A stretch of 64,000 nucleotides of DNA from an uncultured Actinomycetota bacterium (GTDB lineage Bacteria; Actinomycetota; Actinomycetes; Mycobacteriales; CADCTP01). The DNA lies in assembly GCA_963849885.1 (NCBI GenBank), contig CAWKIV010000002.1, positions 71,993 to 135,992 on the forward strand. Direction: 5' to 3'. The notes under the pieces are model-generated. The model saw only the letters and a program-made list of their open reading frames with translations, was not told the origin of the DNA and made no database searches. This document shows positions 56,045 to 64,000 of this stretch, in pieces; positions within the stretch are counted from its first letter, which is position 1; each line of letters begins with the position of its first letter. A program made the position numbers and the translations under genes.

Positions 56045-57433
56045 CTACGTCTCAGCGGGCCCGGCGGGCGGGGAGCCGGGCGTGTCGCCGGCCGTGGTGT
56101 CCGCGGTGGCGGCCAGCGCGACCGCGAGCGGTGCCGCGGTCAGGCCGACCTGCCAGCTCCGGGCGCCGCCGGCGGCGAGCGCGGCCGCCACCCCGCCGGC
56201 CGAGCGGTCCGCGGGCGGCTGCCAGGCCAGCCGGCGGACCAGGTCCGGCGACAGCAGGTTTTCCACCGGGATCGAGTGCTTCGCCGACAGCGCGGCCAGC
56301 CCCGCCCGGGCCGCGGCCAGCCGGGCGGCCGCGTCCGGGTCGCGGTCGGCCCACCGGTTCGCCGGCGGCGGCGCGTCCGACGGGACGGCGGTCAGCGGCA
56401 GCTCGGCGTCCGGCAGCCGCCGCGCCTCCACCACCGCGCCATACCACCGGCGGAGCAGCCGCAGCTGCTGCCGGCCGGAGAAGACCGGCAGCCGGGACAG
56501 GTCCTCGGCCGACGCCGGGTCGGCCACCGCGGCGGCCACGATGGCGCTGTCCGGCAGCACCCGGCCGGGCGCGATGTCCCGCTGCCGGGCCAGCGCGTCC
56601 CGCGACTCCCACAGCGAGCGCACCGCGGCCAGCGCGCGCCGGCCCCGCACCCGGTGGATGCCCGAGGTGCGCCGCCACGGCTCGGCCCGCGGCGCCGGCG
56701 GGGGAGCGGCGGCCACCGCGGCGAACTCCTCCCGGGCCCAGTCCAGCTTCCCGGTCGCGGCCAGCTCCGCCTCCAGCAGGTCGCGCAGCTCGACCAGCAC
56801 CTCGACGTCCAGCGCCGCGTACGCCAGCCAGGAGCGGGGCAGCGGCCGGGTGGACCAGTCGGCCGCGGAGTGCCCCTTCTCCAGGGTCAGCCCGAGCAGC
56901 CGCTCCACCATCGCGCCGAGGCCGACCTTCTCGTGCCCGAGCAGCCGGCCGGCCAGCTCCGTGTCGAACAGGGCGCGCGGGCGCATGCCCAGCTCGGCCA
57001 GGCAGGGCAGGTCCTGGCTGGCCGCGTGCAGCACCCACTCGGTGTCGGCGAGCGCGTCGCCCAGCCCGGACAGGTCCGGCAGCGGGACCGGGTCGACCAG
57101 CACGGTGCCGGCGCCGCGGCGGCGCAGCTGCACCAGGTAGGCGCGCTGGCCGTACCGGTAGCCGGAGGCCCGCTCGGCGTCCACCGCGACCGGGCCGGTG
57201 CCCGCGGCCAGCCGGGCGGTGGCCGCGGCCAGCTCGGCGGCGGTGGCGACCGGCTGCGGCACGCCGTCCCGCGGCTCGACCAGCAGCACCGGCGCCGGCC
57301 CCGCACCGTCCGGGCCGGGGCGGTCCCCGTCCGGGGCGGGGGAGGCGCCGGCCGGGACCGCGCCGGCGGGGCCGGCGCGGTCGGTGGCCGTGCGGTCCCG
57401 AGCCGTCGGACCGGCGGCCGGCGGCTCGCTCAC
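56045..57433 (-). CDS. rnd: Ribonuclease D (DEDD 3'-5' exonuclease plus HRDC)
   Basis: GTG 57433 inside shadow ORF 56045..57943. The motifs are VAVDAERASGYRY, HAASQDLPCL, YAALDVEVLVEL and an HRDC-like segment. Confidence 0.85.
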   Translation of the reverse strand: MSEPPAAGPTARDRTATDRAGPAGAVPAGASPAPDGDRPGPDGAGPAPVLLVEPRDGVPQPVATAAELAAATARLAAGTGPVAVDAERASGYRYGQRAYLVQLRRRGAGTVLVDPVPLPDLSGLGDALADTEWVLHAASQDLPCLAELGMRPRALFDTELAGRLLGHEKVGLGAMVERLLGLTLEKGHSAADWSTRPLPRSWLAYAALDVEVLVELRDLLEAELAATGKLDWAREEFAAVAAAPPPAPRAEPWRRTSGIHRVRGRRALAAVRSLWESRDALARQRDIAPGRVLPDSAIVAAAVADPASAEDLSRLPVFSGRQQLRLLRRWYGAVVEARRLPDAELPLTAVPSDAPPPANRWADRDPDAAARLAAARAGLAALSAKHSIPVENLLSPDLVRRLAWQPPADRSAGGVAAALAAGGARSWQVGLTAAPLAVALAATADTTAGDTPGSPPAGPAET

Positions 57434-57453
57434 GATCTCGACCGGGCGGCCCG

Positions 57454-58113
57454 TCAGCGGATGATGCCGGCCCGCATGACCAGCGCGACCATCTCGGCCC
57501 GGTCGCCGGTCCCGAGCTTGCGGGCGATCCGGGCGAGGTGGCTCTTCACGGTCAGCGCGGACAGGCTCAGCGTCTCGCCGATCTGCTTGTTGGACTTGCC
57601 GTCCGCGACCAGCCGGAGCACCTCGATCTCGCGGGCGGACAGGTCGGCCACGCCGCTCTCGCTGGGGCCGCCGCGCAGCCCGGCGGCCAGCAGCGACGCC
57701 ACCGACGGGTCCGCGTAGACCCCGCCGTCCAGCACCCGGCGGACCCCGTCGGAGACCACCGACGGCGACGCGGACTTGAGCAGGTAGCCCTGGGCGCCGG
57801 CGACGAACGCCGCGCGCACCGAGTAGGGATCGTCGGCGGCGGACAGCACGACCAGCCGCGGCCAGCCCGAGTTGCGCAGCTCGCCGAGCAGGTCCAGGCC
57901 GTTGCCGTCGGGCAGGCCCAGGTCGAGGATGCACAGGTCGCACGGCCCGGACGCGTGCGCCCGGGCCCGCGCCTCGGCGACGCTGGCCGCCTCGTACACC
58001 TCCGTCGCGCCCATCGCCCGCAGCTTGGTGACGATCGACTCCCGCAACAGCGGGTGGTCGTCCACCACCAGCGCGGTGAAGCGCTCGGCCGTGGCCGGCC
58101 CCACCCCGTCCAT
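57454..58113 (-). CDS. LuxR/NarL-family response regulator
   Basis: ATG 58113 within track ORF 57454..58242. The receiver domain (ALVVDDHPLLRESI...ILDLGLPDGNG...VVLSA) is followed by the LuxR HTH (LSAREIEVLRLVADGKSNKQIGETLSLSALTVKSHLARI). Confidence 0.9.
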   Translation of the reverse strand: MDGVGPATAERFTALVVDDHPLLRESIVTKLRAMGATEVYEAASVAEARARAHASGPCDLCILDLGLPDGNGLDLLGELRNSGWPRLVVLSAADDPYSVRAAFVAGAQGYLLKSASPSVVSDGVRRVLDGGVYADPSVASLLAAGLRGGPSESGVADLSAREIEVLRLVADGKSNKQIGETLSLSALTVKSHLARIARKLGTGDRAEMVALVMRAGIIR

Positions 58114-58413
58114 CGCCCCTGCTGCCGTGGCCTGCAGTGCGGTCACGTCCGCCCCTCTCGTGCCCTCCGTGGTCACGCCCGCCTCCCGTGCGCCGCCGAA
58201 CGCGGTCCTGCGCCGACAGACCCCCCGCCGGCAGGCCGGCACACGCGCGACAGCCTGCCGTGCGCGATACAGCGCACGCTACTCCCTTCGGGGTATTCTC
58301 CGGGTCAGCTGTACAAGATCCGGTGTCGAGCCGTCACCAAGGCCCGTCACCCGCTAGCATCTGCATGATCCGGCTTTGGACCACGGGGCGCGGCGAAAAC
58401 GGGAGTGGGATCG

Positions 58414-58557
58414 ATGCAAAAGCGGATCATCCGCGCGCTGATCTTCATGGCGATCGCGATCGGTGTTGCTGTAGGCGCGGGCTCCGCGGCCGGGGCCATA
58501 GACCTCGACTTCGGCGGACCGGGTCACTTCGGCACCGAAGGCAGCAGCTGGACGTGA
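58414..58557 (+). CDS. Unannotated 47-codon ORF encoding a signal-peptide-bearing small protein
   Basis: ATG 58414 is preceded by GGGAGTGGGA. The product is MQKRIIRALIFMAIAIGVAVGAGSAAGAIDLDFGGPGHFGTEGSSWT, with a basic n-region, a hydrophobic core and an A-G-A cleavage-like site. TGA 58555-58557 overlaps GTG 58554 of the next gene (GTGA). GC3 is about 80 percent. The ORF is too short to appear in the track. Confidence 0.45.
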   Translation: MQKRIIRALIFMAIAIGVAVGAGSAAGAIDLDFGGPGHFGTEGSSWT

Positions 58558-60005
58558 GCCGCCCGGGGGGCCGCTTGTCCGTCGTGGAGCGGCGAATCGC
58601 GCTCGCCACCGCTGTTCTCGCGGTGGTGGCGCTCCTGCCTGCCGCCGAGGTCGGCTGGGGGTCACCGCTCTGGTGGGCGCTGCCGGTGCTCGTGCTGGCC
58701 ATCGCCGCTGCCGAGGCCACCTCGGTCCGGATGGTGTTCGGGCGCCAGGGCTGGTCCTTCTCGCTCACCGACGCGGTGCTCGCGGTCGGCTTCGTGCTCG
58801 CGCCCGGCGCCTGGATCCCGCTCGGCATGGTGCTGGGGTTCGTGCTGGCGCACAGCCGGCGGCTGCCCCCGCTCAAGCTGGCGTTCAACTGCAGCCAGTA
58901 CGGGTTGAGCGTCGCCGCCGGCGTCGCGGTGACGCTGGCCGCCGGTGGCGGTGTCCTGGCCGCCGCGCTGGGACTGGTCGCCTACGCGGTGCTCAACCAC
59001 CTGCTGGTCGGCATCCCGGTCTCGCTGGCCTCCGGCGAGTCGTACACCAAGGTCATCCTCGCCACCGGCTCGCTCGGCGTGATCCACCAGGCCGGCAACG
59101 TCTCGGTCGGGCTGCTCGCCGGCTGGCTGGCGCTCAACGCGCCGATGGGCCTGCTCGCCCTGGTCGTGCCGCTCGGCCTGCTCTGGTGGTCCTACCAGCA
59201 GCAGACCCGGCGCGCCTCCGAGGCCCGGCTGTACGCGGAGCTGGCCCGCGGGCAGGAGCGGCTCGGCGGCACCGTGGACGCGTCCGCCCAGGTGGTCGTC
59301 ACCGCGGCGGCCCGGCTGTTCGGCGCCTCGCAGGTGGAGATCCTGCTCCGGCACCCGGACGGCCTGCTGCGCTACGTCGGCGACGAGCGCGGCGTCAACG
59401 CCCGGCTGCGGGTGGACAACGACGCCTTCGACGCCCCCTGGGTGCTGCGCGCGCTCGCCGCCCGCGGCGTGCTGGTCGGCTACGACGGCGAGCAGCCCTA
59501 CTGCTCGGCCGTCCTCGGCGACCCGGAGCGGCCGCTGGCCGTGCTGGTGACCCACCGGCCGGAGCGGTCGGCGCCGTTCACCCGCGGCGACGCCCAGCTC
59601 GCCGAGCTGCTCGTCGGCCAGGCGGAGTCCTGGCTGTCGGTGGCCGAGCTGTCCGCCCGGCACGACGCGGCCGTCGGTCGCGCCGAGGCGTACGGGGCGG
59701 CCAACCGGGTGCTCGGCGACCTCGGTGAGGAGACCGTGCCGGCGCTGGCCGTGCTGCGCGAGTCCGCGCACCGGCTGTCCCGGCTGGCGACCCGCTTCGA
59801 GGGTCCGGACGCGGTCGGCGAGATCGTCAGCGAGCTCTACTCGGTCGAGCGGGCGGTCGCCTCCCTGCTCGGCGCGATCGCGCTGGCCAGCGAGACCGGC
59901 CCGACCGACCGCAAGGCGATCACGACCGGCGGCGCGAGCGGGCCGGCCCGCCGCGACGCGGAGTGGACGACGACCGGTCGGCTCGAGGACGCCGTCGGGC
60001 CGTGA
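58554..60005 (+). CDS. Polytopic membrane protein with cytoplasmic GAF-like domain
   Basis: GTG 58554 within track ORF 58137..60005. About 8 TM helices are followed by a GAF-like block (AAARLFGASQVEILLRHPDG...PFTRGDAQLAELLVGQAESWLSVAEL) and a helical tail. No output domain is present. Confidence 0.7.
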   Translation: MSRPGGRLSVVERRIALATAVLAVVALLPAAEVGWGSPLWWALPVLVLAIAAAEATSVRMVFGRQGWSFSLTDAVLAVGFVLAPGAWIPLGMVLGFVLAHSRRLPPLKLAFNCSQYGLSVAAGVAVTLAAGGGVLAAALGLVAYAVLNHLLVGIPVSLASGESYTKVILATGSLGVIHQAGNVSVGLLAGWLALNAPMGLLALVVPLGLLWWSYQQQTRRASEARLYAELARGQERLGGTVDASAQVVVTAAARLFGASQVEILLRHPDGLLRYVGDERGVNARLRVDNDAFDAPWVLRALAARGVLVGYDGEQPYCSAVLGDPERPLAVLVTHRPERSAPFTRGDAQLAELLVGQAESWLSVAELSARHDAAVGRAEAYGAANRVLGDLGEETVPALAVLRESAHRLSRLATRFEGPDAVGEIVSELYSVERAVASLLGAIALASETGPTDRKAITTGGASGPARRDAEWTTTGRLEDAVGP

Positions 60006-61525
60006 CCCGGCGCCGGCCGAGCCTGTCGCTCGCGGCCTGGACCGCGATCGGCGCGGGTGCCACCGTGCTGACCATCGTGCTGCTGATCGGCAGCATCCTG
60101 GCCCGCGGTGGGCTGGACCGGACCGAGCTGCTGGCGCTCGGCGCCGGGCTGGCGATCGGGCTGGGGATGGCGGCGATCGGCGTGCTGTGGTCCCGCCGGG
60201 TCACCGCCGGCCTGCGCGAGCTGCACGCGGACGCGGTGCGCCGGCTGCGGGAGCCGTCGATCCGGGTGGAGCCGTACTCGCCGGAGTTCGTCGGGGCGGC
60301 CAGCGAGTTCGCCGAGCTGGTCCGGGTGCTGGACGCGCTGCACCTGCGGGCCCGGGTCGCCGACGAGGTGGCCGAGCAGTCCCGGCGCACCGCCGAGCAC
60401 GCCAGCGCGGGCGTCTTCGAGCTGCTGTCCGGCCTGGTCGCGGCCGAGGAGGCGACCCGCGGGCAGCTGTCCGCGGAGCTGCACGACACGGTCGCGCAGA
60501 CGCTGGCGGTGGCCCGCTCGCTGCTCGCCGACGTGCCCGCGACCGGCGCCGCCGACCGGCTGGAGCGGGTGCAGGAGCTGGTCGAGGACGCCGAGGAGCA
60601 GGTCCGCGCGGTGATGGCGCGCACCCGGCCGGCCGAGCTGCGCGACGGCGACCTGGCCTCCGCGGTCGGCGCGCTGCGGCGCGAGTTCGCCAGCCGCTAC
60701 CTGGTCACCGTGCGGCTGTCCTGGCCGGAGCAGCCGTACCCGCTGCCGCTGGTCTCCGCGGTGACGGTCTACCGGTTCTTCCAGGAGGGTCTGCTCAACG
60801 TCGTCAAGCACGCCGACGTGGACGAGGCGGACGCGTCACTGGCGGTCGAGGGGGAGTGGCTGGTCGCCCGGGTGCGGGACGAGGGGCCCGGCTTCGTGCC
60901 GAGCCAGGTGCAGTCCGACGGCGGCCGGCACGTCGGGCTCGGGCTGCTGCGGGAGCGGGCCCGGCTCGCCGGCGGCTCGCTGGAGCTGGACACCGGCGCC
61001 GGCGAGGGCACCCAGCTCACGCTGCGGCTGCCGCTGTCCCCGCGGACCGCGCTGGGCGGGCAGATCGCCGCCGCGGCGGGCGGCGCGGCGGCAGCGGCGC
61101 GGCGGCGGGCAGCACGGCGGCGACCGGTCCGGGCGATCGGCCGGCGCTCGGCGTCGCCTGAGCGCCCGGCCGGTCAGGACCGGCTGGGCAGCGCGGTCAC
61201 CCCGGCCGGCGGCAGCCCGGCCGCCGTGCACAGCAGGTCCGCGAAGGCGCGCAGGTGCGCGGAGACGTCCTGGCCGACCGGCGTCCAGGACGCGCGCAGC
61301 TCGAGGTCGCTGGTCCGCCGCGGGCCGGCCAGGTCGCCGAACCGGGTGGACGAGGTCTGGGTGACCGTGCCGCCGGCCGCCCGGAAGTCGGCGCCGGTCG
61401 CGTCCAGCGCCTCCAGCAGCCAGCTCCAGCCGACCTCGGGCAGCAGCGGGTCGCCGGCCATCTCCGGGTCCAGCTCCGCGGAGACGAAGCCGACCAGCCG
61501 GAGGGTGCCCTCCCAGGCCTCGTAG
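60002..61525 (+). CDS. HisKA_3/HATPase_c sensor histidine kinase (NarX/DesK type); 3' end uncertain
   Basis: GTG 60002 overlaps the upstream stop (GTGA), within track ORF 59963..61525. It has 2 TM helices, the H-box LSAELHDTVAQTLA, N-box FQEGLLNVVKHA and G-box GLGLLRERARLAGG. The kinase core ends at about 61035, yet the frame stays open to 61525, overlapping the convergent DUF3000 gene. Confidence 0.75.
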   Translation: MTRRRPSLSLAAWTAIGAGATVLTIVLLIGSILARGGLDRTELLALGAGLAIGLGMAAIGVLWSRRVTAGLRELHADAVRRLREPSIRVEPYSPEFVGAASEFAELVRVLDALHLRARVADEVAEQSRRTAEHASAGVFELLSGLVAAEEATRGQLSAELHDTVAQTLAVARSLLADVPATGAADRLERVQELVEDAEEQVRAVMARTRPAELRDGDLASAVGALRREFASRYLVTVRLSWPEQPYPLPLVSAVTVYRFFQEGLLNVVKHADVDEADASLAVEGEWLVARVRDEGPGFVPSQVQSDGGRHVGLGLLRERARLAGGSLELDTGAGEGTQLTLRLPLSPRTALGGQIAAAAGGAAAAARRRAARRRPVRAIGRRSASPERPAGQDRLGSAVTPAGGSPAAVHSRSAKARRCAETSWPTGVQDARSSRSLVRRGPARSPNRVDEVWVTVPPAARKSAPVASSASSSQLQPTSGSSGSPAISGSSSAETKPTSRRVPSQAS

Positions 61526-61767
61526 CCGGCCGGGTCGTGCAGCAGCACCAGCCGCCCGGTGGCCGGCTCGTCGTCGCCGACCACGACGGTCAGCGCGAGC
61601 GCGTGCGTCCACGGGGCGAGCTTCTGCGGCGGCCGGACCTCCTCGACCCGCACCTCGGAGCGGATCCGGGCCGCGCCCAGGCTGCGGACGGCGGCGGCGA
61701 ACTCGGCCGGCGCGAGCGCCCGGGCCCGCGGCCGCGGCACCCCACGCTCCGGCACGGAGGCGGCCAC
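61174..61767 (-). CDS. DUF3000 protein
   Basis: GTG 61767 (AGGGGA upstream) within track ORF 61174..61941. The sequence FAAAVRSLGAARIRSEVRVEEVRPPQKLAPWTHAL...LRLVGFVSAELDPEMAGDPLL is a conserved neighbour of hemE and rnd. Confidence 0.85.
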   Translation of the reverse strand: MAASVPERGVPRPRARALAPAEFAAAVRSLGAARIRSEVRVEEVRPPQKLAPWTHALALTVVVGDDEPATGRLVLLHDPAGYEAWEGTLRLVGFVSAELDPEMAGDPLLPEVGWSWLLEALDATGADFRAAGGTVTQTSSTRFGDLAGPRRTSDLELRASWTPVGQDVSAHLRAFADLLCTAAGLPPAGVTALPSRS

Positions 61768-61789
61768 TGTGCTGTCCCCTCCCCGCCGG

Positions 61790-61984
61790 TCAGGCCGCCG
61801 CGCCGAGCGCGGGGCGGCGACGACGGCGGCGGCGCGCGCCGACCAGCGGGTCGACGAGCAGCGCGGTGCCGCAGTCGCGGCAGGCCAGCTCGGCGCACTC
61901 CGGCCCGTGGCCGTCGGCGCACGGCGGTGCCTCGAAGGCACGCTCCTCCCCGCAGGACGGGCAGGGCCTCAGCTGCGTGGGCAT
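61790..61984 (-). CDS. Small zinc-ribbon protein
   Basis: ATG 61984 is preceded by a strong GAGGAGG, at the C-terminal end of shadow ORF 61790..62629. The product is MPTQLRPCPSCGEERAFEAPPCADGHGPECAELACRDCGTALLV, with two CxxC pairs. Confidence 0.55.
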   Translation of the reverse strand: MPTQLRPCPSCGEERAFEAPPCADGHGPECAELACRDCGTALLVDPLVGARRRRRRRPALGAAA

Positions 61985-62156
61985 TCGGACCTCCTCGCAC
62001 GGTGGGGTGATGCCTTCCCGGGCACGGTGACACGGCGGCCGGCCGGGACGCGGGAGGGCGGTCGGCGTGTCGTCCGCTGCCCCCCGCGGGTGCCCGCTTC
62101 GTCCTGGTATGTCCGTTCGTACGGCTGCCGCGCCGGTCCCGTCCGGGCGTGGCAGG

Positions 62157-63221
62157 ATGGCGCCGGTGAGCGCCCCGCCGGACCCCGCCCGCCCGGACCC
62201 CGCCGAGTCGCTGCTGGTCCGCGCGATGCGGCGGCAGCCGGGGCCGACCACGCCGGTGTGGTTCATGCGGCAGGCCGGCCGGTCGCTGCCGGAATACCGG
62301 GAGCTGCGCCGCGGCGTCGGCATGCTGGACGCCTGCACCCGGCCGGAGCTGATCACCGAGATCACCCTGCAGCCGGTCCGCCGGCACGGGGTGGACGCCG
62401 CGATCCTCTTCTCCGACATCGTGCTGCCGCTGCGGGCGGCCGGCGTCGACCTGGACATCGTCGCCGGGGTCGGGCCGGTGGTGGCGTCGCCGGTCCGCAC
62501 CCTGGCCGACGTGGAGAAGCTGCCCGGGCTCGACCCGGCGCAGGTCTCCTTCGTCGACGAGGCGGTCCGGGAGCTGGTCCGCGAGCTCGGCGGGACGCCG
62601 CTGATCGGCTTCGCCGGCGCGCCGTTCACGCTGGCCAGCTACCTGGTGGAGGGCGGCCCGTCCAAGGACCACGCCCGGACCAAGGCGCTGATGCACGGCG
62701 AGCCGGCGGTGTGGGCGGCGCTGCTCGGCCACCTGGCCGGGGTGGCCGCCACCTTCCTGCGGGTGCAGGCCGCCGCCGGCGCCTCGGCCCTGCAGCTCTT
62801 CGACTCGTGGGCGGGTGCGCTGTCCGCGGCCGACTACGCCGCGCACGTGCTGCCGCACAGCACCGCCGTGCTGGCCGCGCTGGCCGACCTGGACGTGCCC
62901 AAGGTGCACTTCGGGGTCGGCACCGGCGAGCTGCTCGGGCTGATGGGGGAGGCCGGCGCGGACGTGGTCGGGGTCGACTGGCGGGTGCCGCTGGACGAGG
63001 CGGCCCGCCGGGTCGGCCCCCGGCGGGCGGTGCAGGGCAACCTCGACCCGGCGCTGCTGCTGGCCGACTGGCCGGTGGTCGAGCGGGAGACCCGCCGGGT
63101 GCTGGCCGAGGGCCGGGCCACCCCGGGGCACGTCTTCAACCTCGGCCACGGCGTGCTGCCGGAGACCGACCCGGACGTGCTCACCCGGGTGGTCGACCTC
63201 GTCCACGGCACCTCCGGCTAG
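62157..63221 (+). CDS. hemE: Uroporphyrinogen decarboxylase
   Basis: ATG 62157 within track ORF 62067..63221. The motifs are [38 protein letters not shown] and [13 protein letters not shown]. Confidence 0.95.
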   Translation: MAPVSAPPDPARPDPAESLLVRAMRRQPGPTTPVWFMRQAGRSLPEYRELRRGVGMLDACTRPELITEITLQPVRRHGVDAAILFSDIVLPLRAAGVDLDIVAGVGPVVASPVRTLADVEKLPGLDPAQVSFVDEAVRELVRELGGTPLIGFAGAPFTLASYLVEGGPSKDHARTKALMHGEPAVWAALLGHLAGVAATFLRVQAAAGASALQLFDSWAGALSAADYAAHVLPHSTAVLAALADLDVPKVHFGVGTGELLGLMGEAGADVVGVDWRVPLDEAARRVGPRRAVQGNLDPALLLADWPVVERETRRVLAEGRATPGHVFNLGHGVLPETDPDVLTRVVDLVHGTSG

Positions 63222-64000
63222 CCGGCCGGCGGCGCGGGCGCGGCGACGACCGGGGTCGCGGGGCGGCGCTGCCGCCGCAGGTACCAGCGGACGGCCAGGA
63301 CCAGCGGGACCAGGACGATCAGGAAGGGCAGCACCGCGCCCAGCACGGTCAGCAGCCAGCCGATCGTGTCGGTGAAGGCGGACCAGCCGTCCCGCAGCCC
63401 GCCGAGGAAGCCGCTGCGGTCGACCGGGGCGGCCGTGACGTCCCGCGCGACCAGGTGCAGGGTGACGGTGGCCAGCGTGACCTGGCCGGCCAGCGCCCGC
63501 TGCCGGGCCTGCAGCGACTCCAGCTCGGTCACCCGGCGGGACAGCTCGCCCTCCACGGCCACCACGTCGCCGATCCGCTCGGCCCGGGACAGGATCGCCC
63601 GGACCCGGGCGATCGACGCCTGCATGGTGGCGACCCGGGAGTTGACGTCGGCGACCTCCTCGGTGACGTCCTGGGTGGTGCTGCTGCGCCGCAGCTCCTC
63701 GCCGAGCCCGCCGAGCTGGTCGAGCGTGCCGTCCAGCCGGCCCGGCGGCACCTTGAGCTGGAGGTCGGCGCGGGCCTGCTCGTCGCGGCCGGACCGGCTG
63801 TCCCCGGCGCTGGTGCCGCCGGCTGCCCGGACCAGCTCCTGGGCCGCCCGGGCCTGGCCGGCGACGTCGTCCACCCGCACGGTCAGCTCCGCGGTCCGGA
63901 TCAGCGCCGGCTCGGCCACCCCGACCTTCGCCGAGCCGGTGTCGGTGCCGGTGCCGGTGCCGGCGTCCGGCGCGGAGCCGGGCGGCGCGGGCGCGGCGAT
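63218..64000 (-). CDS. DUF4349 protein, 5' end beyond the right window edge
   Basis: Track ORF 63218..63919, but the frame stays open to position 64000 (…[37 protein letters not shown]). It contains coiled-coil segments and a C-terminal TM helix ([23 protein letters not shown]). Confidence 0.75.
   Translation of the reverse strand: MAAPAPPGSAPDAGTGTGTDTGSAKVGVAEPALIRTAELTVRVDDVAGQARAAQELVRAAGGTSAGDSRSGRDEQARADLQLKVPPGRLDGTLDQLGGLGEELRRSSTTQDVTEEVADVNSRVATMQASIARVRAILSRAERIGDVVAVEGELSRRVTELESLQARQRALAGQVTLATVTLHLVARDVTAAPVDRSGFLGGLRDGWSAFTDTIGWLLTVLGAVLPFLIVLVPLVLAVRWYLRRQRRPATPVVAAPAPPAG

Overview
This is a 64-kb slice of a very high-GC actinobacterial chromosome (about 73-75 percent GC by eye). 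Codon usage looks Micromonosporaceae-like, but the taxon cannot be proven from the sequence alone. Gene order follows the conserved actinomycete backbone: ideR - sigB ... sigA - ppgK - suhB ... dut ... trkA/trkA - APC permease - TRAM methyltransferase ... rnd - DUF3000 - hemE. From memory this corresponds to M. tuberculosis Rv2711 down to Rv2678c. I call 71 protein-coding genes or frame-broken genes, five tandem-repeat tracts, one putative operator and one clear hairpin terminator. I saw no rRNA, tRNA, CRISPR array, transposase, integrase or phage gene. Most of the very long ORFs in the six-frame track are high-GC shadow ORFs. Several lineage-specific insertions interrupt the backbone: a DUF433/PIN-like toxin-antitoxin pair (15.0-15.6 kb); an AT-richer XRE islet (16.1-17.1 kb); a 4.4-kb WXG/T7SS-type polymorphic-toxin island (20.4-24.9 kb) with two divergent toxin heads, immunity genes, an EspC/WXG100-like gene and a duplicated zinc-ribbon mini-gene; a 0.8-kb non-coding block of degenerate tandem repeats next to a repeat-invaded hydrolase gene (36.4-38.2 kb); a ROK-regulated sugar ABC operon; two two-component systems; and fadAB. 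Four items seem most worth follow-up. (i) The toxin island and its perfect 59-bp inverted repeat. (ii) An unannotated 47-codon signal-peptide ORF that is translationally coupled to a polytopic GAF membrane protein and a HisKA_3 kinase, next to a LuxR regulator. (iii) The repeat block. (iv) An unusual density of single-base frame breaks (eight clear, mostly +1) in otherwise conserved genes. These breaks probably reflect assembly indels and must be resolved before any gene here is called a pseudogene or a fusion.
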